Positions 45,846 to 52,669 of a DNA stretch of 52,669 nt are shown here, piece after piece. This stretch comes from a virus (taxonomy: Duplodnaviria; Caudoviricetes). Numbering within the stretch: position 1 is the stretch's first letter; each line of letters starts with the position of its first letter. The notes below the pieces were generated by a model that did not search any database, had not been told where the DNA came from, and saw nothing but the letters and a program-made list of their open reading frames with translations. The stretch spans positions 1-52,669 of the IMG/VR virus record IMGVR_UViG_3300027969_002501, one strand, 5' to 3'. The translations under genes and the position numbers were made by a program.

Positions 45846-46078
45846 TCGTCAACTCCGAAATGTTCTTTAACAAACAATTTAATTTCCTGAATTGGTAACT
45901 CGTCATCGTCACCATATCGTTTTATCATACTATGAATTAAATCTTGCACAATCAACTCGGCGAACTTTGGCAAAAAGATTTCGTTATAGAGTCGTCTGTT
46001 TCTACGACTTTCATCTTCATATTCTGCCTTAATTTCTTCTTCAGCCCGTGACCAAAGTTCTCGAATTCGTTCGTTCAT
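45842..46078 (-). CDS. Hypothetical protein (MNERIREL...KFAELIV...KEHFGV type)
   Basis: GGAG SD before ATG 46078. Confidence 0.75.
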   Translation of the reverse strand: MNERIRELWSRAEEEIKAEYEDESRRNRRLYNEIFLPKFAELIVQDLIHSMIKRYGDDDELPIQEIKLFVKEHFGVDE

Positions 46079-46296
46079 AGTCGCTCTCCGCAATGTGGAC
46101 ACTTCTTAGCTGATGCTGAACGCATTTCTTTCAGTGTTTTGTTGAGCTTACGTGCATCACTAGTGAGCCTGCGCATGTTCTTACGGTCCCTGTCGCTTTT
46201 GGCCTTGCCCAGCTCTTCTTTAAGGTGTAGCTTCATTTTGGCCAGCCTGCCCTCGAAGATTTCAATAAAGCCTGTTATACCAGTTGACTCACTCAT
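46075..46296 (-). CDS. Hypothetical protein with C-terminal CPHCG
   Basis: Coupled ORF with GGAGG SD. Confidence 0.7.
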   Translation of the reverse strand: MSESTGITGFIEIFEGRLAKMKLHLKEELGKAKSDRDRKNMRRLTSDARKLNKTLKEMRSASAKKCPHCGERL

Positions 46297-46604
46297 ACAA
46301 CCTCCACTGCTTTAATATTACGGGCTTGAGTGGTAACATACACCCCTACCCTGCGATGTACTTGGTCAAAACCTGTTCCTAATTTTCCAGCATCTAATGG
46401 CAAGTTATACACACTTAACCAAGTTTTTATCACACTGGAAATATCAGCCACTGTTAAATTATTAGCCATCAATATCATAAGATCATCAACAGTCTTGTGA
46501 AAATCTTCATCATCTAGTCTAGACAATATTTTAGCTCGATCGTGGGCAAACCAATGTATATCACATTTTAATGTATCCCAAAATACTCGTTGTTCAGGTG
46601 TCAT
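46293..46604 (-). CDS. Hypothetical protein
   Basis: Coupled ORF with GAGGAG SD. Confidence 0.7.
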   Translation of the reverse strand: MTPEQRVFWDTLKCDIHWFAHDRAKILSRLDDEDFHKTVDDLMILMANNLTVADISSVIKTWLSVYNLPLDAGKLGTGFDQVHRRVGVYVTTQARNIKAVEVV

Positions 46605-46984
46605 ACTAACTCCTCTTCACCTTTAAGGGCCAGCCATGTTTCTTCTTGAGCTGTGTATATTAGCCTATTACGTTCCAATATGGCCCTACGTTCATCTGGG
46701 TCAAGGTCGCACCAAGCATTGACTCGATCGTAATTGCCGTATGCTTCGGGTGGTACATGACTGTACAGCCAACCTGCCAAGGCCTTGAACGCTTCAACTG
46801 TATTGCTAGGATGGCTACTGCGAATTGCACCAATAAAGTCATTGGCCAGTACAGCACCAAAGCATGAGCCAGGCTCATAGCCATACACCAAATAGTTAGC
46901 CATAGGGTCAGCAAAGTCCTGGGGTACTTCCCACTCTTTGAATGTTCTATACAGTCGCTCACGACTAAAATGTGTTATGTTCAT
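46601..46984 (-). CDS. Hypothetical protein
   Basis: NYLVYGYEPGSCFGAVLAND. Confidence 0.75.
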   Translation of the reverse strand: MNITHFSRERLYRTFKEWEVPQDFADPMANYLVYGYEPGSCFGAVLANDFIGAIRSSHPSNTVEAFKALAGWLYSHVPPEAYGNYDRVNAWCDLDPDERRAILERNRLIYTAQEETWLALKGEEELV

Positions 46985-47133
46985 TTTGTACTCATTTGGT
47001 GACGATATTCACGCTTTAACCAATACTTGTACATGGCAAAGTATTGCTCCTGTGTATAAGGAAGCTCACGGACTTCTAGATGTTCGTCGCAGTTCTGCAA
47101 CCAAAGTTCATGTACCCATTGTCTGAAACCCAT
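46981..47133 (-). CDS. 50-aa hypothetical protein
   Basis: Hand-translated MGFRQWVHELWLQNCDEH...YKYWLKREYRHQMSTK; GGAGG SD; promoter TTGACT-17-TATAAT just upstream. Confidence 0.7.
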   Translation of the reverse strand: MGFRQWVHELWLQNCDEHLEVRELPYTQEQYFAMYKYWLKREYRHQMSTK

Positions 47134-47169
47134 AACGCCTCCATTTAACATAGCACGATTATAGCAGGG

Positions 47170-47418
47170 TTAGACCGTGTAGTCAATCCAAGTGAGTGTC
47201 AAAAAGGTAACCCATTTGTTCGAACGGGCGTGTAGGGTATAGGCGCCACGGCTATTTGATGTAATGAACCAATCCTTGTATTTGACGCCCAAATGTGCTG
47301 TACACCAAGCACTGAACTCTTGATATTCAGTTGTGTACGTGGGCCCAAATTTAACTGTTATTCGATAGTCAAACCGTTTGAGATAGTCCCAATAGGCCTC
47401 ACTTTGGTGTGTGTTCAT
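47170..47418 (-). CDS. Hypothetical protein (related to F-x-L-R-W family)
   Basis: FSAWCTAHLG...WVTFLTLTW. Confidence 0.7.
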   Translation of the reverse strand: MNTHQSEAYWDYLKRFDYRITVKFGPTYTTEYQEFSAWCTAHLGVKYKDWFITSNSRGAYTLHARSNKWVTFLTLTWIDYTV

Positions 47419-47807
47419 GGGCTATTGAAATTATATCCCACAACAATACCATGCTCATCCGCTTCCACAAATTTGCTGAGTATGTCAAAGTTTTGCTCTG
47501 CACGTAGTATGGCCTTATATGCCTTTTCCAATGCAGGATTGTTTTCGATTAGGGTAGCACGATTTTGTTCCAATTGACGCTGGGTACGTGCCCATTGTAT
47601 GATGTCTAGTACGTCTTGATCTAGGGTCACAGTGGCATAACTGGTGGCAAGCTGTTGCCAGCTGGTGCCGTTGAACACTTCCAAGTCAGTATTGTTAACA
47701 CGTAGCATACCCTGGATAGGGTTGTTGGCATTGGGTCCAATATAGGGTAGGCTGGTGTTGCCTGCTGATACTGTGATCCCACATGTGCCCATTAAACCTT
47801 TAATCAT
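47415..47807 (-). CDS. Hypothetical protein
   Basis: GMLRVNNTDLEVFNGTSWQ; promoter TTGCTA-17-TATACT upstream. Confidence 0.75.
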   Translation of the reverse strand: MIKGLMGTCGITVSAGNTSLPYIGPNANNPIQGMLRVNNTDLEVFNGTSWQQLATSYATVTLDQDVLDIIQWARTQRQLEQNRATLIENNPALEKAYKAILRAEQNFDILSKFVEADEHGIVVGYNFNSP

Positions 47808-47860
47808 ATGTCAAATCCTTTCAGCCTAGTATAAAGAACTTTGTGGGCGTTAGCAATCGT

Positions 47861-48658
47861 TTAGAGCAAACGTATGCTGTCAGCTATGTCACGTGCCCAA
47901 AGGCCCAGGGTCAATGGGCCAGGGTGTCCAAAGTATCCACCTGCTCCGTTGGGCTGTAGGTCACGGGCATGATCTTTGACAGCTTCAAAGTAAGGAGCCA
48001 TTTGCATTTCCTTAGGGTCATGGTGCCAATGACGCATGACAACAGGCACGTTCTTAGTTTTCCACAAGGCCTCTGCACCCATGATGGCCATACGTGCGTA
48101 CAGTTCAGCATGATGTGGGGCACGTACCCAATACTCATAGAACTTGAGGATACCTTCATGGCGCCCGTTTAGCAAATGTGGTATTAGGCTATTGGGAGCC
48201 CCTTCATCAAAGTAAGTCATGCGTGTCAGCTCGGGTATAACAATGGTGACTGTTTTGGGTAGCCACCCCAGCTCTATCAAGCGCATGGTATTGTACATGA
48301 TGACTTGACAGCTACCCCCAGCATAGCCTAGATTAACTGTGGGCTCACCCAGCTGTTGGGCCAGCTGATGGGTAATGGTATCCTTTTCATCTACACCCAC
48401 TCCTGTAACATGGCTACAACCCATGACTGCATGGGTGTTGGGCCAATCAACGTCTGCCCAGTCTACACTGCGATAACCCTCTTGATTCCAGCGATACTCC
48501 ACAGGCCTGTTTTCCCAAACCCACCCGGGAGGCCTACGTTCAAGATTGGCCTTGTACAGTTCTTCTGTGTCACTGCCACACCAAGCACTGGATTGTTGCC
48601 AACGTGGTAGTAAGTTAGGACTATTTTGATATGCGAATGTTTTGCTGTATTTGTTCAT
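47861..48658 (-). CDS. SGNH/GDSL hydrolase-like protein
   Basis: VMGCSHVTGVG, NLGYAGGS, ARD...HPGP. Confidence 0.7.
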   Translation of the reverse strand: MNKYSKTFAYQNSPNLLPRWQQSSAWCGSDTEELYKANLERRPPGWVWENRPVEYRWNQEGYRSVDWADVDWPNTHAVMGCSHVTGVGVDEKDTITHQLAQQLGEPTVNLGYAGGSCQVIMYNTMRLIELGWLPKTVTIVIPELTRMTYFDEGAPNSLIPHLLNGRHEGILKFYEYWVRAPHHAELYARMAIMGAEALWKTKNVPVVMRHWHHDPKEMQMAPYFEAVKDHARDLQPNGAGGYFGHPGPLTLGLWARDIADSIRLL

Positions 48659-48701
48659 GCCAGTATTTAATCTCCCACTGCACTCGCGGCATAATTATTG
48701 T

Positions 48702-48980
48702 ATGATTACCAATACCATAGCCTACATAAAGACTGACTACAATGAAAGACCCATGCGTTTCCTTTTGGAACTAACAGCATGGGCCATGAGCATTGGCTGT
48801 ACCATATGGATGGGCATGACCTTACCCAACCCTCCGTTCATATACCTATATCCCCTGTTTATGATACAGTGCTCAATATTTGGATGGGCGGCATGGACAC
48901 GTGGTTCAACAGGCATGGTGGCCAACTATGCACTAATAACAACCATAGACATAATAGCTTACATAAGGATGATCACATAA
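48702..48980 (+). CDS. Small multi-pass membrane protein
   Basis: Three hydrophobic segments; start moved to ATG 48702. Confidence 0.7.
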   Translation: MITNTIAYIKTDYNERPMRFLLELTAWAMSIGCTIWMGMTLPNPPFIYLYPLFMIQCSIFGWAAWTRGSTGMVANYALITTIDIIAYIRMIT

Positions 48981-49168
48981 TGGCATTACCCCGTGGAATG
49001 AGCAAGTACTGGAGTACAACACAAGGGCATGAGTTTGAACTGTTAAGCGTGTACACTCCCTTTGAAGATACAGATGAATGGGCACGTTATAGGGACATAT
49101 TGAACGATAAGATATACCAATGCAGGCTTGAAGCGTTTCTCAGCCGATTTCGAGCCCAACCAGATTAG
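48980..49168 (+). CDS. Hypothetical protein
   Basis: TAATG coupling, AAGGA SD; MALPRG...YQCRLEAFLSRF. Confidence 0.7.
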   Translation: MALPRGMSKYWSTTQGHEFELLSVYTPFEDTDEWARYRDILNDKIYQCRLEAFLSRFRAQPD

Positions 49169-49278
49169 CCCCAGCCGCGAAGCGGTAGCGACAAAAATTT
49201 TGAGCTATCAGCCCCGAATATCACCAACTCCATGCGCTAGTCAGTACAAGGTCCCGACTAGCTTTGGGTATTGACTGA

Positions 49279-49307
49279 TTGACATAGTTCCGTTATTCTG
49301 TTATAGT
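49279..49307 (+). promoter_or_regulatory. sigma70 promoter, leaderless start
   Basis: TTGACA-17-TATAGT-6 nt-ATG(49314). Confidence 0.75.
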
Positions 49308-49313
49308 ATGTGT

Positions 49314-49562
49314 ATGAAAACTTACCTAATCAAAAGAATAGTCTTTATCACCCTAATACTGATTGTATGTGCATACCTACAGGGCTGTGCGTATACAGTA
49401 GTGTCAACAGCCAGTTTTGTCACTACAGGCAAAAGTGTGGGCGACCATGTGCTCAGTAACACAATACCTAACGCAGATTGCTCCTTGCTGAACGTAAAGG
49501 ATGATAAGTACTATTGTGAAGTGCGTGACATCAGTAAAACTTACAATAGGACGGGCATATGA
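49314..49562 (+). CDS. Putative lipoprotein
   Basis: Signal with LQGC lipobox. Confidence 0.75.
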   Translation: MKTYLIKRIVFITLILIVCAYLQGCAYTVVSTASFVTTGKSVGDHVLSNTIPNADCSLLNVKDDKYYCEVRDISKTYNRTGI

Positions 49563-49657
49563 ACACAACAACTGAAATCATAGTATTAACAGTGCTGACA
49601 GTGGTTTTGGGCGTGGCCTGCTATACTATAGCACACATTATACTCAGAATAATTTAG
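49559..49657 (+). CDS. 32-aa membrane peptide
   Basis: ATGA overlap; MNTTTEIIVLTVLTVVLGVACYTIAHIILRII. Confidence 0.5.
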   Translation: MNTTTEIIVLTVLTVVLGVACYTIAHIILRII

Positions 49658-49665
49658 GATAAACA

Positions 49666-49938
49666 ATGACAGAACTAGAACCCAATCAAATATGGTGGAG
49701 TGGAGCATACAGCCCAAGCCGTGATGTATTTGTACCACATGCAGTGATTAACGAACAATACCCACAAGGCCGCCGTACAGTGGACAAGCGTCAAGCTGAA
49801 ATTTGGGCTAACGACGATGCTGAACACTTTAATAACGATGCCAACAGTGGTGCTACAGATTGGGTACCGCATGTGGAAATTGGTGATGATATATGGACTA
49901 GCAGTACTGATGATACAGTACATGCTAACCCAACTTAA
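49666..49938 (+). CDS. Hypothetical protein (ATDW paralog 1)
   Basis: AGGA SD; AEHFNNDANSGATDW. Confidence 0.75.
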   Translation: MTELEPNQIWWSGAYSPSRDVFVPHAVINEQYPQGRRTVDKRQAEIWANDDAEHFNNDANSGATDWVPHVEIGDDIWTSSTDDTVHANPT

Positions 49939-49947
49939 GGAGCGACT

Positions 49948-50190
49948 ATGCAAAAATACACAATATGGGCGTGGAGTAACAGCCAACAACAAAAACAGCA
50001 TCAAATCAATTTGGATGCTATGCCACCAGATGCTACACTAGCACAAGCACAACAACGTGCTGATGCATTTGCCATGACACTAAACCAACAACAGCATTTG
50101 ACAGCGACTGATTGGACAGGTGAAGTGCTACTGGAAGAAGTTGGATATCATACTATGCCTGGATACGCATTCAACGATCCCAACAAGTGA
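49948..50190 (+). CDS. Hypothetical protein (ATDW paralog 2)
   Basis: AAGGAG SD; AMTLNQQQHLTATDW. Confidence 0.75.
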   Translation: MQKYTIWAWSNSQQQKQHQINLDAMPPDATLAQAQQRADAFAMTLNQQQHLTATDWTGEVLLEEVGYHTMPGYAFNDPNK

Positions 50191-50329
50191 TATGATTAGC
50201 AGTACATTGGCTGTTAATACACTAATAGAAGCGTGTAAAGGTACATATACTGAGCGCACATCAAGTACTATAGTTAAAGACTTTAAACCCAGTTATGATA
50301 AGGATCAAGCTGGGTTTTGTCATGATGAA

Positions 50330-50521
50330 CTATTCAATAAAGTCCTTAGTACGTATGTGAGTCATGAATGGATCAACAAGTAAAGCAAAACTTAGTCTGT
50401 CTTCACGTATATAGAACTCACATACACCACGAACACTATATGCATGTACATAGCTAGCCAACTGCCATATTTGCTCTTGAATATCTTCACTAGCCCAACT
50501 ACGATAACATTTGAATAACAT
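50330..50521 (-). CDS. Small hypothetical protein
   Basis: 63-aa ORF, EFYIREDRLSFALLVDP. Confidence 0.55.
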   Translation of the reverse strand: MLFKCYRSWASEDIQEQIWQLASYVHAYSVRGVCEFYIREDRLSFALLVDPFMTHIRTKDFIE

Positions 50522-50524
50522 AGT

Positions 50525-50807
50525 AGACCCCGCTGTTTGACATAGTACTTAGCATGAGGATCATATATAGGCCCCGCTGTACAGTCGACTAGCAAGCATG
50601 AACGTTTCACTTTGCCGGGGTTAAAACATATACCACAATAGACCCCGCTGTAGCAAGGCCTGCACGTATTAACAGTAAGGGAACTGCTTATATCCATAAT
50701 GGAAGCTAGACCCTTGCATGCCTATACAGTGCGTATAAGCTATAGTACAATAGACCCCGCTGTAGAGTCAAGGGGTATTGAGTGTATGGACCAAAAGACC
50801 CCGCTGT
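50525..50807 (+). repeat. Five dispersed direct repeats AG(A/G)CCCCGCTGT
   Basis: Copies start at 50525, 50569, 50640, 50752, 50796. Confidence 0.9.
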
Positions 50808-50910
50808 ACAGAGTATGTATTAGAACTATGCCTCTGTCTCGCTCGGGACTCACCATTCTAGAACCCTGTGCGCACGGTCAAGAGAACCATTTCCGGCTCA
50901 TTCTCCCGAT

Positions 50911-51032
50911 TCTGTCACACTTTATCACACTTTGATACACTTTTCCACACTTTTGTCAACCTGGCACCCCTATAGATCTCCCTACAAGCAAGGTGGGGAG
51001 ATCTATTTCACACTTTGCCACACGATAGATCT
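50911..51032. repeat. 10-bp tandem ...ACAC units, 11-bp inverted repeat and three AGATCT
   Basis: tctgtcacac tttatcacac tttgatacac ttttccacac; ATAGATCTCCC/GGGAGATCTAT at 50972-50982 and 50996-51006; two further units at 51004-51023. Confidence 0.85.
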
Positions 51033-51095
51033 AATATACAGTACGGCTTCACATTCGTCTAACCAAGTCAAGAACCCCGAACCGTTAAATATAGT

Positions 51096-51284
51096 ATGAC
51101 ACTAAGCTTCATCACTGTAGCTAATATATACGTGAAAGATCGTAACTACACTGTGCATGTATCCATATGCCGTACTAATGGACATGTACATGTATTCAAG
51201 TATGATGAACAGCGTGTTACTTGCCAATATGAAATATTTGCTAATTACAATGAGGCCGCGGACTATTTAGAATTATTGCTTTAA
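51096..51284 (+). CDS. Small hypothetical protein
   Basis: TAAATA 4 nt before ATG. Confidence 0.65.
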   Translation: MTLSFITVANIYVKDRNYTVHVSICRTNGHVHVFKYDEQRVTCQYEIFANYNEAADYLELLL

Positions 51285-51541
51285 AGTGTTAAGGCGGTTC
51301 AAACCAATATATTACAGCATTAGGGGCCGAGACGCCCAGCCCAAAACCCGTTTTGTCAACCGGGTTTTCTTTTATTCTCTATAACCATTTTGTCAACCAG
51401 GTCTTTATGTTAGTGCTCACTAACTTAAGAAATGGCGCCCAGCCTCCACGTCCACCCCAGCTTGCTTTCGAATACAGTAATTATAACACCTTTTGGGCAG
51501 GCAGTCAAACGGCTGGGAAAGACCCGCCAAAAAGTATGTTA

Positions 51542-51570
51542 TTGACAAAGTTCTCAAAATGCGCTATAAT
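51542..51570 (+). promoter_or_regulatory. Consensus sigma70 early promoter, leaderless start
   Basis: TTGACA-17-TATAAT-6 nt-ATG(51577). Confidence 0.9.
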
Positions 51571-51576
51571 ACACAC

Positions 51577-51900
51577 ATGATGAAAACAAAGCGAACAGCA
51601 CGTAAAGACAGCAACTATATCATATATGCGGCCACCCACAACGGGCAGTCGTATATAGGGCTTACCCGTAAGGGCACCGTATCAGTCGCTAAAGCAGTCA
51701 AAGAGCGTTGGCGCAAGCATATCTCACGTGCAAAGCATGAGGCACGTGAGTGGGCCCTGTACAAGTACATTACAGCGGGCGCATGGGACGGCTGGGAGCA
51801 TACAGTGTTAGAGGTAGTGCGGGGACGGGCAGAGGCCTATGCATACGAGCGCGAGCTTGTCAAGCACATACAGCCCGAGCTTAATGACCAGTACCTTTGA
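51577..51900 (+). CDS. GIY-YIG nuclease-domain protein
   Basis: YIIY...SYIGLT...ERWRKH...AYAYERELV...PELN. Confidence 0.88.
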   Translation: MMKTKRTARKDSNYIIYAATHNGQSYIGLTRKGTVSVAKAVKERWRKHISRAKHEAREWALYKYITAGAWDGWEHTVLEVVRGRAEAYAYERELVKHIQPELNDQYL

Positions 51901-51920
51901 AGGGTCTTTGCATTTTGAGT

Positions 51921-51949
51921 TGACAGTTTGGGAAATCGGCGTTATAATA
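51921..51949 (+). promoter_or_regulatory. Consensus sigma70 early promoter
   Basis: TTGACA-17-TATAAT. Confidence 0.9.
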
Positions 51950-51978
51950 AACACATACACAAACACACAAGGACTAAA

Positions 51979-52203
51979 ATGTTTACAAACTGCATTGCTC
52001 GCGCTAAACTAAACTACAACAAAAAACTCAAAACTTACAAATTGCTAGTAGCATTTTGCAACGCAAACGAAAGCATTACACAACGCAACAGCGCATTTGT
52101 AAGCGGAGATTTGTGTGCAGAAACTATTGCAACAGACATTGTGCGTGTACTTGCTACAGCAGAAAAAACACTACGCACAAACAACATTGTATTTGTAGAG
52201 TAA
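51979..52203 (+). CDS. Early hypothetical protein
   Basis: AAGGA SD before ATG 51979 (MFTNCIARAKL). Confidence 0.8.
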   Translation: MFTNCIARAKLNYNKKLKTYKLLVAFCNANESITQRNSAFVSGDLCAETIATDIVRVLATAEKTLRTNNIVFVE

Positions 52204-52229
52204 TTTAGTAAACTAATACATAGCGCATT

Positions 52230-52258
52230 TTGACACTTTTGCCAAAGTGTGCTATAAT
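52230..52258 (+). promoter_or_regulatory. Consensus sigma70 early promoter
   Basis: TTGACA-17-TATAAT. Confidence 0.9.
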
Positions 52259-52279
52259 TAGTTTTTTAAAAGGAAGCAA

Positions 52280-52546
52280 ATGTTAGAGATTACAAAATTT
52301 GACGGCGGGTTTAGTGCCCAAAACAACGATGTGCGCAACTGCGAGGCAATTGTGTTTGCAGAAAGTGTACGCACAGGCCGTACAATGTTGCAAGTAATTA
52401 ATTACGTGCTAGAAGAAGACGACAGCGATACTAATTTGCTTTGCGCTTGCGAGACGTTACAAGAACAGATTGTTAACGCATACACTAACACAATACTAGA
52501 GAGCTACTTAGACGCGGAACTGTACAAAGTACAGCACAACAAATAA
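52280..52546 (+). CDS. Early acidic hypothetical protein
   Basis: AAGGA SD, own promoter and terminator. Confidence 0.8.
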   Translation: MLEITKFDGGFSAQNNDVRNCEAIVFAESVRTGRTMLQVINYVLEEDDSDTNLLCACETLQEQIVNAYTNTILESYLDAELYKVQHNK

Positions 52547-52552
52547 CCCTAC

Positions 52553-52570
52553 AGCCCGTAAGGGCTTTTT
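52553..52570 (+). terminator. Short Rho-independent terminator
   Basis: AGCCC-GTAA-GGGCT-TTTT. Confidence 0.7.
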
Positions 52571-52577
52571 ATAGCGT

Positions 52578-52606
52578 TTGACATTTTGGCAAAAGTGCGT
52601 TATAAT
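52578..52606 (+). promoter_or_regulatory. Consensus sigma70 early promoter
   Basis: TTGACA-17-TATAAT. Confidence 0.9.
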
Positions 52607-52625
52607 AAGTTTTTAAGGAGCAGTA

Positions 52626-52669
52626 ATGTTAGCAACAACAAAACAAGTGCGGGCACTTGTACACGGACT
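52626..52669 (+). CDS. Early gene, truncated at window end
   Basis: AAGGAG SD, ATG 52626: MLATTKQVRALVHG. Confidence 0.7.
   Translation, partial: MLATTKQVRALVHG

Noticed and set aside
805-48610. Numerous plus-strand ORFs in the track (e.g. 1315-1734, 5905-6495, 9527-9970)
   Set aside because: Antisense shadows of well-supported minus-strand genes
50525-50807. CRISPR array
   Set aside because: Repeats are only 12 bp, spacing is irregular (44-112 bp) and no cas genes are visible
50392-50935. ORFs 50392-50697 (-) and 50699-50935 (+) as genes
   Set aside because: They run through the repeat array in arbitrary frames, lack SD or promoter support and look non-protein-like
51351-51398. Leftward sigma70 promoters from the TTGACA in TTTTGTCAACC
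   Set aside because: No -10 hexamer at 16-18 nt spacing; treated as repeats instead
1-52669. Bacterial chromosome or cyanophage origin
   Set aside because: Host-like genes are isolated from their usual operons and mixed with virion genes and T4-type late promoters; no photosystem genes, and chaperone/Isc proteins look proteobacterial
1-52669. Stop-codon reassignment
   Set aside because: Conserved genes (dnaK, nrdA, nrdB, ALAS) are full length in the standard code, and TAA, TAG and TGA all end genes
1-52669. tRNA or rRNA genes
   Set aside because: No cloverleaf or T-loop pattern recognised in the intergenic gaps by eye; tRNAscan-SE would be needed to exclude them

Overview
The window is a gene-dense segment of a large lytic tailed phage (jumbo/T4-like myovirus style), not a bacterial chromosome. 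It has T4-type late promoters (TAAATA), consensus sigma70 early promoters, virion genes (PAAR, beta-helix tail protein, core-like proteins), class Ia RNR with glutaredoxin, nucleases and dozens of small ORFs. Host-derived genes include dnaK, hsp20, clpS, bS21, iscU/iscA, ALA synthase, heme oxygenase plus a PcyX-like bilin reductase, a TraR/DksA-like protein and a phasin-like protein. DnaK and IscU look beta/gamma-proteobacterial, which is an inference about the host. Most genes lie on the minus strand up to about 48.7 kb. A repeat-rich, origin-like non-coding block and plus-strand early cassettes follow. The main observations are: (1) a csgF-csgG-curlin-FecR-CHASE2/adenylate cyclase trans-envelope module; (2) two identical AATC-A9-G slippery sites, each joining a gene in the -1 frame to a downstream ORF lacking a good start; (3) matching ROSE-like RNA thermometers on both hsp20 and dnaK; (4) widespread leaderless gene starts alongside a phage bS21; (5) promoter-overlapping hairpins that would time nuclease translation; (6) a shared capsid-targeting-like N-terminus on about nine proteins; (7) iteron/DnaA-like repeats and 640 nt with no TC dinucleotide. 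All calls come from manual motif reading; no database searches were run.
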